From Macrostomum lignano (taxonomy: Eukaryota), in NCBI GenBank assembly GCA_002269645.1, contig NIVC01000666.1, positions 62,001-126,000 on the forward strand: DNA of 64,000 nt, written 5' to 3'. The notes beneath the pieces were generated by a model. That model did not search any database and was not told the DNA's origin. It saw only the letters and a list, made by a program, of their open reading frames with translations. Position numbers and translations under genes: made by a program. Within the stretch, counting starts at the first letter, position 1. Every line of letters begins with the position of its first letter. Of this stretch, positions 1 through 12,141 are shown one piece after another.

Positions 1-47
1 GTGCTTCTTGGGGAAATTGAAGCTCGTTTTGGTGATGGCCATGTTGG
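1..47 (-). CDS. RABL2: RABL2 exon 5 (partial, continues beyond window start)
   Basis: Acceptor ccgcag at 48-50; phase 1 matches exon 4; translates (A)NMAITKTSFNFPKKH, matching RABL2 ADINVTQKSFNFAKKF. Confidence 0.85.
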
Positions 48-156
48 CTGCGGGTCAGAACCAATTAAGATTTGCCTAAGCATCTAATGGTCTTTAGATC
101 TGTCACTCTTGGAATTGAACACCTCAGCGGGTTCCTACATGACCTTTTTGCTTTTT

Positions 157-790
157 AGGCAGTGCCGTCACTCTAATATAGTCTGGTTCTTCAGGGAGTG
201 CCGTCACTCTAATATAGTCTGATTCTCCAGGGAGTGCCATCACTCTCGACTCTAATATGGCCTGATTCTTCAGGAAGTGCCGTCACTCTAATATAGTCTG
301 ATTCTTAAGGGAGTGCCGTCACTCTAATATAGTCTGGTTCTTCAGGGAGTGCCGTCACTCTAATATAGTCTGATTCTCCAGGGAGTGCCATCACTCTCGA
401 CTCTAATATGGCCTGATTCTTCAGGGAGTGCCGTCACTCTCGACTCTAATATGGCCTGATTCTTCAGGGAGTGCCGTCACTCTAATATAGTCTGATTCTT
501 CAGGCGATGCTGTCACTCTAATATAGTCTGGTTCTTCAGGGAGTGCCGTCACTCTAATATAGTCTGATTATTCAGGGAGTGCCGTCACTTTAATATAGTC
601 TGATTCTTAAGGGAGTGCCATCACTCTAATATAGTCTGATTCTTCAGGGAGTGCCGTCACTCTAATATAGTCTGATTCTTCAGGCAGTGCCATCACTCTA
701 ATATAGTCTGATTCTTCAGGCAGTGCCGTCACTCTAATATAGTCTGATTCTTCAGGCAGTGCCGTCACTCCATATGGCCTGATTCTTCAT
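157..790. repeat. 36-bp minisatellite in RABL2 intron 4
   Basis: Unit cagggagtgccgtcactctaatatagtctgattctt, with variants. Confidence 0.9.
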
Positions 791-921
791 GATTCTTCAT
801 GATGATTAGCCAGAGAATGCTGCCAGTTCATATACTTAAATTTTTCAGGGAGTGTCACCTTTCCCTAAATCACATGACCTAATCCCGACCTCAGCTCCAC
901 TCAGTCACACCAATGGCTTAC

Positions 922-1113
922 CATCAATCTTATTGGCAGCGCAGAGACAGGGAATCTCTGGCCTGTGCTGCCTCAGCTCCTTGTACCAGGTGGGCAAGTT
1001 TTTATAGGTGACCTTGCGAGTCACGTCGAACACAAGAATGCAACAGTGCGCCTGGTGATAGTAGGACGTGTGCATGGACTGGAACCGCTCCTGGCCGGCT
1101 GTGTCCCAGAAAT
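922..1113 (-). CDS. RABL2: RABL2 exon 4 (G3 and G4 motifs)
   Basis: 192 nt, cag acceptor and gtaagc donor; DFWDTAGQERFQSMHTSYYHQAHCCILVFDVTRKVTYKNLPTWYKELRQHRPEIPCLCAANKID, a close match to RABL2A/B as I recall it. Confidence 0.95.
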
Positions 1114-1200
1114 CTGCCGCAATGGGAGAATGAGATGTATTTGAGGATAGGGATCTATGCTTTCAAAACTGCGAATTTTGCTTAGGGTTTGAATAAATGC

Positions 1201-1500
1201 TTTGGGAAAGGGGATTTCATTTGGGGACTTGGGATCACTGCCTTGAAAATGGGATTTCATTTGGGATTTGGGATCTCTGATCTTAAAAATAAGATTTCAG
1301 TTTGGGATTTGGGATCACTGCCTTGAAAATGGGATTTGACTTGGGAATTTGGGATCGCTGCTTTGAAAATGGGATTTGACTTGGGGATTTGGGATCTCTG
1401 CTTTGAAAATGGGATTTCACTTGGGGATTTGGGATCTATGTCTTGAAAATGGGATTTCACTTGGGGATTTGGGATCTATATCTTGAAAATGGGACTTCAG
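1201..1500. repeat. ~40-bp degenerate minisatellite in RABL2 intron 3
   Basis: Unit like gggatttgacttggggatttgggatctctgctttgaaaat; copies start at 1211 and 1251. Confidence 0.85.
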
Positions 1501-1631
1501 TTGAGGATTTTAAACCAATACATAAAAATGGGATTCAGTTGGGAATTAGGATCTACATACATATACAAAGAAGTTTGATATTAGAAACTGATTTTATAAA
1601 ATACACACTTAAGCTTGAGAATTTCTCTTAC

Positions 1632-1711
1632 CAATGGCAATCTTCTTTCCATTCAGTTGGTACTCATGCTTGAACAGTGTAAGTGCATAAGTTGACAGCT
1701 GTTGTGGTTGA
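1632..1711 (-). CDS. RABL2: RABL2 exon 3
   Basis: 80 nt, tag acceptor and gtaaga donor; (Y)QPQQLSTYALTLFKHEYQLNGKKIAI(D). Confidence 0.92.
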
Positions 1712-1932
1712 CTAGTTGGTATTTTTGCAATATACTGTTAAGGAAAATAAAATAATATAAACTGGCTTTGAAAATATTATGTATATACTTGTATTACCTG
1801 TATATAGTTTATATACTTTCCTTCTGCATTGCCTGGTAATATAAAAAGACAAGAATCATGCAAAAATTAAAAATATCAATATAAAGAAGCAGTTCATATG
1901 TGGAATTAATATAGGCAATGTAAAAAGGATAC

Positions 1933-1962
1933 TATCCATTCATCACGAACCGCTCAACCAGT
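1933..1962 (-). CDS. RABL2: RABL2 exon 2 (30-nt micro-exon)
   Basis: ttttag acceptor, gtatcc donor; (K)LVERFVMNG(Y); phases fit exons 1 and 3. Confidence 0.88.
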
Positions 1963-4900
1963 CTAAAATGGGAATAATGAAAGAAGAAAAAATATTTACT
2001 TGAATTTGAATTTGGTAGATAATTCTTACAATTAAAGACAATGCAGATAATATAAACTGATTTAATTAAAATAAATAATTAGACATATAAAAGACATACT
2101 ATGACAATTGCTATGATAGAAATGATAGAAATGGTTGACTTACTTATGTTGGATTAGCTAATCATATTATAATGAACTAACAGTCATATTTTGTAGATCC
2201 AAGCAATGCTATCTTCTTCTATAATAATACCATTCTAAAATAATACCATTGTAGATATATATCTAGGTTTAGCATAGGCTAAGTAAATTTTATAACCCTA
2301 TTGGAAAAAATAAAATATAGTAGATGACTTTCTGTTGTATTTTAAGGATCTTCTATTTATTGTATTGCGATAAAGTCAAGGTAGGAAGGTGTTGCATTAT
2401 AGTTATAAATATTAATGATTTGTAGCACTTAGAACTCTAAAAAATAAGTTTGAATTTTAGTTGGGACCTAAATACTGCTTAATAAGGCAAAAGGTAGCAA
2501 CTTATCAATGTTGTTAAGTATACATACTGATACTTAGATTAGCTGAGCTATCTCTTAATGTATCATTAGTAATGATATATCATATTGACTATAAGCTATA
2601 GCTTATTATATATCTTATTAGTCTGCTTTTATCTATATGCCTGTATGGCTGTATATACAAATAGACATTGCCGGAAAGTCCACTGGACGTCGAGTTTTGA
2701 CTTAGACATAAAAATTTCGAATTTCTGTTTTTTTTTAATTTAGGTATATGATCGAGGCACACAACTTTCAGTCTTTTTTCAACGATACACAATTGCTTTT
2801 GTGGTAAAATTCGATAAAGTCTAAACTGGGTCTAATACTTAACATTGGCTTCCGACTAAAATGGACTTTTAATTGTTTAAAAGTAGGTCAAAAATATCAA
2901 AGTGTGTAAAGGAAAAATAGTACAAATAAAAACATTTTAATTTTACTTTTTATTAGCAGGTTACAGTACATCAGCCGAAAACTGCATCTTGCAAGTTTTA
3001 TTTTGTTTATCATTTTTATTTAGTGCACAAAATCAAATTATGCCCTCGCATCGCACGTCTGAGCTCCGCATCGTTCCCTAGAGTTGTTTGAGCAACATTA
3101 GAACCGTTATATTGCATTGCTTGACTGCCGAATGCCTTGCTTTTGAGACAGCTTTAATAGAAATTAGTTTCTGTATTATTTGTGTGAAGAAATTTTTAAT
3201 ATTAAATGGAATGCACCTCTATAATGTCATTTTGTAATGCAATGTAGCTGTAGGACATTGTAGGCTAGGCCTAACTATAATTTCTTCATTCAATGATTAA
3301 TTCAAAACTTGAGCTTGGCACTCTAGGAATAGGCCTCGAGGGTAGAAATACATTGCAGAAATAGATAAGTCACTCATTTTCTATCAGAAGTAGGCCAATC
3401 ACTGATGTACCTAATAGAATGGCAACAATATCCAGTTTTCAGTGAAAATTATTCTATTATTTTAAACTTTTTGGTTATGCTCTTATTTAGGCTTATTCAA
3501 AGTTTATTTTTGTCCTTTATTATCTTACCCAAGTATATTATATATTTTTACTATTGAAAATAGATTTTAAACAGTAAATTTAAAAGGGATAAACAGGGTG
3601 CCTCTTGACTGGAGTCCTTGTCATTTGTTAAGTTTGTTTTTCTATTTTTTATATACAAATATACCTTGGTAATGGTAATCCATACTATTCATACTATTTT
3701 TTGATATTTAACTGATTGTGGAAAAATAAACAAAGAGCTTGCATGCATGGTAGCCATTTATATAAGCTCAGAATTACGTGCATGGCAGAGCTATATCTTT
3801 ATAGGCCTATAAAGTAAGTCATATACTATCTGAATTAATATTCAAATTAAATTAACAAAAATAGCAATGAATTATGATTACAGTTGGTATATATAGTGTA
3901 TGTAGGATAAAATATTATAAAACAATAAAGTAACAATATTCAATAATTTTTAGTTAGGTTTGCTAGGCCTAATGCCAATATGCAGACTTTAGGGCCCTAG
4001 TCCCAGCCAATTGCTGGCTATAGCATTGTACACGCAATTACAACACTAGGTAGATGGCTGCCATACATGCTAATAAAGCACTAGGTAGATAGCCGTCATG
4101 CATGCAATTCTAAGCTTACATTAATGGCCCATAGTCAGAAAGGTGGCCTCTGAGGGGGAAATTCCTGCACACTCAAAGGGTCTTGGCGCACATTGGCACA
4201 TAAGCGCAGTGCACACAAAGTGTCTCAGTGCACATTGGCGCACAATGCGCAGTGTACACAAAGGGTCTCGGCGCACATTGGCCCATAAGCTGCAGTACAC
4301 ACTCTATAGTCTTAATGCAAATTAACAATTTTACATAAAATAAAGGAGATTTGTATAGTCTAGAAAGTCAGTGATAGACTTTTGCGTCTTTAAAATTAAC
4401 AGTAAATAAAATTAGTATTAATTATCACTAAGAATGTAAATTTTGCATTACTTTATTTGTAGGTATAATTTAAGTTTGTTTAAAATGAAAAACGTTTTGA
4501 ACTGATTTTCAGACGTTTTGGAGACCAGCAGGCTGCTAATGACCCAGATAGGGTCTAAAAAGAACATTGGAGGATTCATCGGTGACGTCATGAAACACTT
4601 AAAGCCAGCTGAAGACGCAGCGCAGAGAAACATAAATCAGCAACGCCCGCAGCAACAGCAACGCCCGCAGCAACGCCCGCAGCAACAGCAACGCCCGCAG
4701 CAACGCCCGCAGCAAGAAGAGTCGATGTCGGATTCTGAGACTGATGAAATTTCATGGTCCATAAACAGGGACACGAACTCTAGCGGCTCTGTATCTAACT
4801 GAACTCAGCCCTAACTGAATTGAGCACTAACATTATATCAATAGTTAATGTAACAATAATGAATAACCTCCTGTTAGGAGGGGAAAATAAACGTTAATTT

Positions 4901-5794
4901 AACCGGACTAGTTGTGTTTTTATGTGACCCTCCCCTCCTTACAATTATTGTATCATTAAGTGTAGTATTGTATACATCCATATATCATACATATATGGAT
5001 GTATTTACATGTTATGTACTTTTACTAATTTAGCTTTTCAAATTTGTCATTGTTTATGGTATTGAATAATACGAGTATAAGACTTCAAGTCTTCATGCGT
5101 TCAATTCGTTTTCCCCACTCCACGCGCACTGCTACTATATGTAATATTATAAAAAGCCCATTATTTTACTTATATTAGTTTTACTAGCAGTCATTACACA
5201 AATTCCCCCATAATCATGTATTCATGTTATTTTGTCTATTTAATTTGTCGTTGTGTGTTTTGTTGTCAATTCTTTTTGAAACTGTCCTTACTTTTTGTCC
5301 TGGAGTTGTATCCTATATACTAAAAATGAGTTGTCTGTATGTATGTGGGTAGGTATGCGATAGATTTCAGAAAAAATGGCTCAACCGATTTTCTTCAAAC
5401 TTGCACCATTCGATCAGAAATTTTCCTGGGACGGTACATGCATCTTGGCTAAGAAATTGCTCAATGATAAAGGGATTAAATATTCAAAAAACATGCTTTT
5501 TTGCAAAGGTCAAGCAGCTCTTTCGACCTAAAATTCATTGTAAGAATGCTAGAGAAATAAACTGACTGGCTGAATTCTGATTGTCATAAAGATTGCATCA
5601 CAACAAGTTGAAAACAGTGCCGAAAAAATGCACACACGACTTGATTAAAATTGCGTAACCAATATTGCTAACTCAAATTGAGACTGATACTGGCTGACTG
5701 AGAAATTGATTATGTCATAACTTTTTACCCCAATTGACTTGCTGTAAGAATTGAATTATAAGGGCCACAATTCATGTTCTCCAATTGAAAAGAG

Positions 5795-5856
5795 ATAGCC
5801 TATATACGAACAGACTGGACTGCCAACGTAGCGACCTGGGTTCGAATCTTAGTAGT
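5795..5856 (+). other. Decayed tRNA/SINE head inside the Helitron
   Basis: B-box GGTTCGAATC at 5839-5848, anticodon-arm-like ggactgccaa, degenerate A-box tagccta. Confidence 0.5.
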
Positions 5857-5919
5857 GAAAAATAATTTTTTTATTAAAACACCTTGAAAACACGAAACTG
5901 CTAAACATAAAAAATCACA

Positions 5920-6760
5920 ATGTCAAACATAAAAGAGGCACCATGTCAAACATTACATGGGCACCATGTAAAACATATATGTGACTCTATGTCAAACATT
6001 AAAGAGCCACCATGTAAAACATAAAAGAGTCACCATTTCGAACATTAAAGAGCCACCACGTCGAACATTAAAGTGCCACCATGTCAAACGTAAAAGAGCC
6101 ACCATTCCAAACATAAAAGAGCCACTATGTCGAACATTAAAGAGCCACCATTTCGAACATAAAAGAGCCACCATTTCGAATATTAAAGAGCCACCATGAA
6201 GAAAATTAAAGAATCACCATATCGAACATAAAACAGCCACAATGTAGAATATTAAAGAGCCACTATGTCGAACATTAAAAAGCCACCGTGTCAAACACTA
6301 AAGAGCCACTATTTCGAACATTAAAGAGCCACTATGTCAAACATAAAAGAGCCACCATGTCGAACATTAAAGAGCCACCATATTTAGAATATTAAAGAGC
6401 CACCATATCAAACATTAAAGAGCCACTATGTCAAACGTAAAAGTGACTTTATGTCAAACATATCAGTGACTTTATGTCAAACATATCAGTGACTTTATGT
6501 CAAACATATAAGTGTTTTTATGTCAAACATTAAAGAACCACCATTTCGAACATTAAAGAGCCACCATTTCGAACATTAAAGAGCCACCATGTCAAACATT
6601 AAAGAGCCACCATGTCAAACATAAATGAGCCACCATGTCAAACATAAAAGAGGCACCATGTTAACATAAAAGAGCCACCATGTCAAACATAAGAGAGCAA
6701 CCATGTCAAGCATAAAATCTACACAATTTCAAACGTAAAAGTATTGCCAGCCAATGCCAA
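5920..6760. repeat. 23-bp minisatellite, array A1 (Helitron internal)
   Basis: Unit atgtcaaacattaaagagccacc. Confidence 0.9.
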
Positions 6761-6834
6761 TTTTAAGTCATGCCAATTTTAAAGGAGCCACTATAAAGCT
6801 AAGGAAATTTTCGCACTAGCTACTTATTGTCCGG

Positions 6835-7470
6835 TGGATGCTTGCTATTTGGGGATACTTGCTATCTGGGGGGGGGTGCTTGCTATCTAGGGGATGCTTG
6901 CTATCTGGGATGCTTGCTATCTGGGGGATGCTTGCTACCTGGTATCTGGGGGATGCTTGCTATCTGGGATGCTTGCTATCTGGGAGATGCTTGCTACCTG
7001 GTATCTGGGGGATGCTTGCTATCTGGGATGCTTGCTATCTGGGGGATGCTTGCTATCTAGGGGTGCTTGCTATCTGGGGGATGCTTGCTATCTGGGATGC
7101 TTGCTATCTGGGGATGCTTGCTATCTGGGGGATGCTTGCTATCTGGGATGCTTGCTATCTGGAGGATGCTTGCTATCTGGGGGTGCTTGCTATCTGGGGG
7201 ATGCTTGCTATCTGGGGGATGCTTGCTATCTGGGGAATGCTTGCTATCTTGGGGATGCTTGCTATCTGGGGATGCTTGCTATCTGGGGGGTACTTGCTAT
7301 CTGGGGGATGCTTGTTATCTGGGGGATGCTTGCTATCTGGGGGATGCTTGCTATCTGGGGGGTGCTTGTTATCTGGGGGATGCTTGCTATCTGGGGGTGC
7401 TTGCTATCTGGGTGATGCTTGCTATCTGGGGGATGCTTTCTCTCTGGGTGATGCTTGCTGTCTTGGGATG
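6835..7470. repeat. ~18-bp minisatellite, array B1 (Helitron internal)
   Basis: Unit gggggatgcttgctatct; source of the MLAIWG pseudo-ORFs. Confidence 0.9.
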
Positions 7471-7544
7471 ATTTCTTTTTGCATTGCACTTCATTTGAGC
7501 AGTTTGTTGGTTTTCTTTGTGAAGGTTTTTTTGTATGTCGAATA

Positions 7545-8960
7545 TTAAACAGCCACCATGTCAAACATAAAAGAGACACCATGACAAACATTAAAGAGCC
7601 ACCACGTCAAACATTAAAGAGCCACCACGTCAAACATTAAAGAGCCACCATGTCGAACATAAAAAGAGCCACTATGTCAAACAAACACGTGACTCCATCT
7701 CAAACATTAAAGAGCCACTATTTCAAACATAAAAGAGCTACCATGTCAGACATAAAAGAGCTACCATGTAAAATATACAAAAGCCTTCATGTCAAACATA
7801 AAACAGCCACATATACGTGACTTAATGTCAAACCTTAAGGAGCCACCATGTCGAACATTAAAGAGCCACCATGTTGAACATTAAAGAGCTACCATCTCAA
7901 ACATAAAAGAGTCACCATGCCAAACATAAAAGAGCCACCATGTCAAACATAAAAGAGCCACCATTTTAAACATATACGTGACTCCATGTCAAACATTAAA
8001 GCGCCATCATGTCAAACATATATGTGACTGCATGTCAAACATAGAAGAGCCACCATGTCAAACATAGAAGAGACACCATGTCAAACATAAAGAGCCACCA
8101 TGTAAAATATAAAAGAGCTACTATGTAAAATATAAAAGGGCCATCATGTCAAACATTTACGTGACTCAATGTCAAACATTAAAGAGCCACCATATCGAAC
8201 ATTAAAGAGCCACCATGTTAAACATAAAGGAGCCACCATGTCAAACATAGAAGAGACACCATGTCAAACATAGAAGAGACACCATGTCAAACATAAAGAG
8301 CCACCATGTAAAATATAAAAGAGCTACTATGTAAAATATAAAAGGGCCATCATGTCAAACATTTACGTGACTCAATGTCAAACATTAAAGAGCCACCATA
8401 TCGAACATTAAAGAGCCACCATGTTAAACATAAAAGAGCCACCATGTCAAACATAGAAGAGACACCATGTCAAACATAGAAGAGACACCATGTCAAACAT
8501 AAAGAGCCACCATGTAAAATATAAAAGAGCTACTATGTAAAATATAAAAGGGCCATCATGTCAAACATTTACGTGACTCAATGTCAAACATTAAAGAGCC
8601 ACCATATCGAACATTAAAGAGCCACCATGCCAAACATAAAAGAGCCACCATGTCAAACATATACGTGACTCCATGTCAAACATTAAAGCGCCATCATGTC
8701 AAACATATATGTGACTGCATGTCAAACATAAAAGAGCCACCATGTCAAACAACTAAGCTACCATGTCAAACAAAGAAGAGACACCATATCAAACATAGAA
8801 GAGCCACCATGTCAAACATAACAGAGACAACATTTCAAATGTAAAAGGGCCGCCATGGTAAACATAGAAGAGCCACTATGTCAACATTAAAGAGCCACCT
8901 TTTTAAACATAAAAGAGACACCGTTTCAAACATAAAAGAAGTGTCATGCCAAACAAAATG
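7545..8960. repeat. 23-bp minisatellite, array A2 (Helitron internal)
   Basis: Same unit as A1, with higher-order block duplication at ~8040-8640. Confidence 0.9.
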
Positions 8961-9004
8961 GAGCCACTATAAATCTAAGGAAATATCTGCACTAGCTACT
9001 TTCT

Positions 9005-9350
9005 CTGGTGGATGCTTGCTATTTAAGGATGGATACTTGCTATCAAGGGGATGCTTGCTATTGGGAGATGCTTACTCTTGGGGGGTGGAGGGTACTTGCT
9101 ATCTAAGAGGGGTTGCTAGATATCTATAAGGTCTCTTTGTATCCAGGTTAATGCTTGCTATCTGGGGTTGCTTGCGGTCTGGGGGATGCTTGCTATTTGG
9201 GGGGAGCTTGCTATCTGGGGGATGCTTGCTATCAGGGGTTGCTTGCAGTCTGGGGGATGCTTGCTATCTGGGGTTGCTTGCAGTCTGGGGGATGCTTGCT
9301 ATTTGGGGATCGATGCTTGAATGCTGTCTGAGGATGCTTGCTGTCTTGGG
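9005..9350. repeat. ~18-bp minisatellite, array B2 (Helitron internal)
   Basis: Degenerate gggatgcttgctatct units. Confidence 0.85.
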
Positions 9351-10938
9351 ATGTTTTGTTTTTAGAGGGAATGTCTGTTGTTTTTTATGAAGGCTTTATT
9401 TTGCTGTCTATTTGTTATTTGTGAAGAACAAGGATTCTATCCAGATGTCCCCCATCGGGGGGCGAAGATTGCTAGTAATAATGCTATAACTATTTTATTT
9501 ACCACGTATTATATTGTTCAAATCTCAAACTTATAGCTGCCTGTTATGTTATTATATATTGTATATTTTACTTTCATTGTCAGCAGCTTGATTGGTGTCA
9601 AATTTGTCATCTATTTGAGAAATTAAATGCAAATAAATAGCCTAGTTAAAGCACCAATAATACTATCTATTTTGTATTAAATAGCAGTTAATTAAATGTA
9701 TTCTCTTGGTGGAAAAACGTTATTCCGTTGACTTTCTTGCATATTTTAATGACGTCACTACTGCTACTAATAAGCAGCAAATGATTACGATACAACCAAC
9801 GCTTACAAGGAAGCGCTTGCATTAAGGTTGCTTTTTGACTTTTAGAAATGTCCAAACTCGACTTTTCACCAACGTTGAGTGTTATGTATTTTTTTCTATC
9901 CTACAGGTAAGTTGCCTGGACATCCAATTTGGACGTCCAGGCGGACATCCAGCAGACATCAGATTGTTATATGGGTATGCCTGGCTTATGATATTATATT
10001 CTATTTACTTTGTCTTCCATCAACTAGTCAACTCAAGTTGACAGCTATCTCTGTCTCTATCTTTCTCTATCTAAAAGGCAAAAAAGATAAATTGGTATAA
10101 TTAATCTAATATTAATAAAACTATTCAAATGTCTATATAAGTGACTGATATATTTCTTATTTATAGAAACATATATTTGATTATTTAATAAATGATTTTG
10201 TTATACTTAGTTTCTTAGTTTGGTTAATATATATAATACTTTTGCTATAAATTTAATAATATTACCAAACATAATGCAATAAAAAATATAATATATTTGC
10301 AAATTAAATTTTAAATGTTTATAAAAATATTTCTATAAATTCTAAGCTCTTAAAATGCTATGTTAAGTTTTTTTCTAATCTATCAATATTGGTATAAGTC
10401 ATAGTTAAGATCAGGGCACAGTTGCACCAAAATACCTATCAAAGAAGTTTGATCATCCTATACACCTGGCTTTTCTTAAAAAGAAATACAAAAAAACTAT
10501 ATTTTCCATTTGAAAAATACCTGTAAAACTTATACTTGAATCTGTTTCATAGAAAATGCAATGTATATACACTTGTGTATACCAATTTATATGCCAATGA
10601 TATTTACTAGATCTATCCATATTCCAGAAAATTCTATTGTATAATGTATATCTATACTATACCAATCATAGCCTGGGTTTCAAATTTGGTAGCAGACAAG
10701 CTATGGGTAGATTATCTTACCTATATATTTTGGCAGACAAGTTAATAATAGATGAGTTGGTAACACAATGTAACTAGAACTCATAGTATTTATATCTATG
10801 AAAATTTATAATAGCCAAAAAAGTGAATAGAAATCTTTTTATGCTTTAAAAACTTAATTTTCAAATATAATAGCCTATAAAAATATAAATGTAAAAATAA
10901 TAGGCCTTTATTCTAGCTCAGTTTATGGTATACAAAAA

Positions 10939-11385
10939 GGCAGTTGTTATTTGTCTGGTGACCAGACGAATAGTCTTTTTGCTATTTGTCCAGTTAAATT
11001 GCTAACAAAGTGTCTATTTGTTTTGTGATGAATATTCTAGATTTTTAAGACCTTTTCTCGTATACTGATTAACTTTCTTATATACTAGTGTAAGCAAAGC
11101 AGTGTATTTAGTTTGGCATAATTTAGTGTATAAGACACACACTAGTATAACAACATAATAATCAAGATATGAGTAAGAAGTCTTTGAAGTCTAGGAATAT
11201 TTACCCTTGTAGTTTCTATGAAATAGATATTTTAGCAATATCAATTTTACCAGACAAATAACAAAATGCCTATTTGTCCGGTATTAACCGGATGAATAGG
11301 AAAGCATAGTCATTACTCATTATCCAGTAACCGGACAAATAACCACATTGCTATTTGTCCAGTCACCGGACAAATAACAACTGCC
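10939..11385. mobile_element. 447-bp MITE with GG..CC termini and 9-bp TSD (Mutator- or Merlin-like)
   Basis: TIR ggcagttgttatttgtctggtgaccagacgaatag versus ggcagttgttatttgtccggtgactggacaaatag (rc of right end); flanks atacaaaaa / atataaaaa (8/9); subterminal atttgtcc repeats. Confidence 0.8.
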
Positions 11386-11491
11386 ATATAAAAAGGTCAG
11401 TTTTGTGTTGATCATCATTATAATAGACAAAGCAATATGCAAACTTGAATAAATAGATTCGAAAAGTTAAAAATAGACACAAAGAACTTAC

Positions 11492-11586
11492 TTTGACTTT
11501 CCAACTGCACTGTCCCCCAAGCAAATAATTTTTACTCTGGAATCATAACCTTCATGTGAAGATTCATAATCTGGAATTTCTGACAT
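11492..11586 (-). CDS. RABL2: RABL2 exon 1 (start codon and P-loop)
   Basis: MSEIPDYESSHEGYDSRVKIICLGDSAVGKS(K), then gtaagt donor; G1 motif GDSAVGKS. Confidence 0.92.
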
Positions 11587-11921
11587 CGTACGCTTAGTCA
11601 AAGAAGTTACTTCAGTTAAGGGCAATTTTATCAAGGTTAGAAAAGAACGATACTTTATTTACATTTAACACCTAGTCCAAGTCTAGATATGACTATTGAC
11701 TATCACAAATAATTAAATAGTGTTAAGTAACAATGACTAATGGAATGTCTCTCGTACACAAAATTTGTTTTTTTCTAAGAAGCTGAATAAGTTTAACAAA
11801 CATTTTCTGACCCACGTTTTAATTAAGCCAGTCTTAAATATTTTAAAGTAACAACTATAATTTTTTAACCTGCTAATATTTTTAGATCAAAAGTTATTAA
11901 ACTCTCTGATAAAATACGACT

Positions 11922-12141
11922 TGTTAGTAGTTTACGCTTTTGGCTCTCCCAGCCAGGGGTGAGCCAGAGAACGGATTATGCCATACCTCGCTGTGAAAAG
12001 CCCGCTGTGAGAATGTGAAATAAAGAGAAATAAGAGCAAGACTAAGAACCTTGGAGCCGCGGAAACGTCTGCTAGGATATCAGCACTAATAATTAATGCT
12101 TTAAGTATATTGAAGACTTAAAGTAACCTGAAAACATAACA
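11922..12141 (+). mobile_element. 5' LTR (220 bp) of a truncated Mag-lineage Gypsy element
   Basis: TGTTA...TAACA termini, internal AATAAA, followed by PBS TGGCGTCGC at 12143. Confidence 0.8.

Larger units (their letters stand above)
5311..9475 (+). mobile_element. Non-autonomous Helitron filled with tandem arrays
   Basis: Starts A|TCCTATATACTAAAAATGAGTTGTCTGTATGTATG (typical invertebrate Helitron 5' end); GC hairpin gtcccccatcggggggc at ~9447-9463; ends CTAG|T at 9472-9476; no TSD; no Rep/helicase ORF. Confidence 0.8.

Noticed and set aside
157-790. 36-bp array (and the 55-bp array at 41780) as CRISPR-like
   Set aside because: Head-to-tail repeats with no unique spacers, no cas genes, eukaryotic intronic context.
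5981-9390. Long ORFs (MLAIWG..., KEPP...)
   Set aside because: Translations of the 18- and 23-bp arrays, open in several frames at once.
11912-11921. TSD for the plus-strand Mag element
   Set aside because: Left flank cgact does not match atacc after the putative 3' end; the element's right end is not defined.
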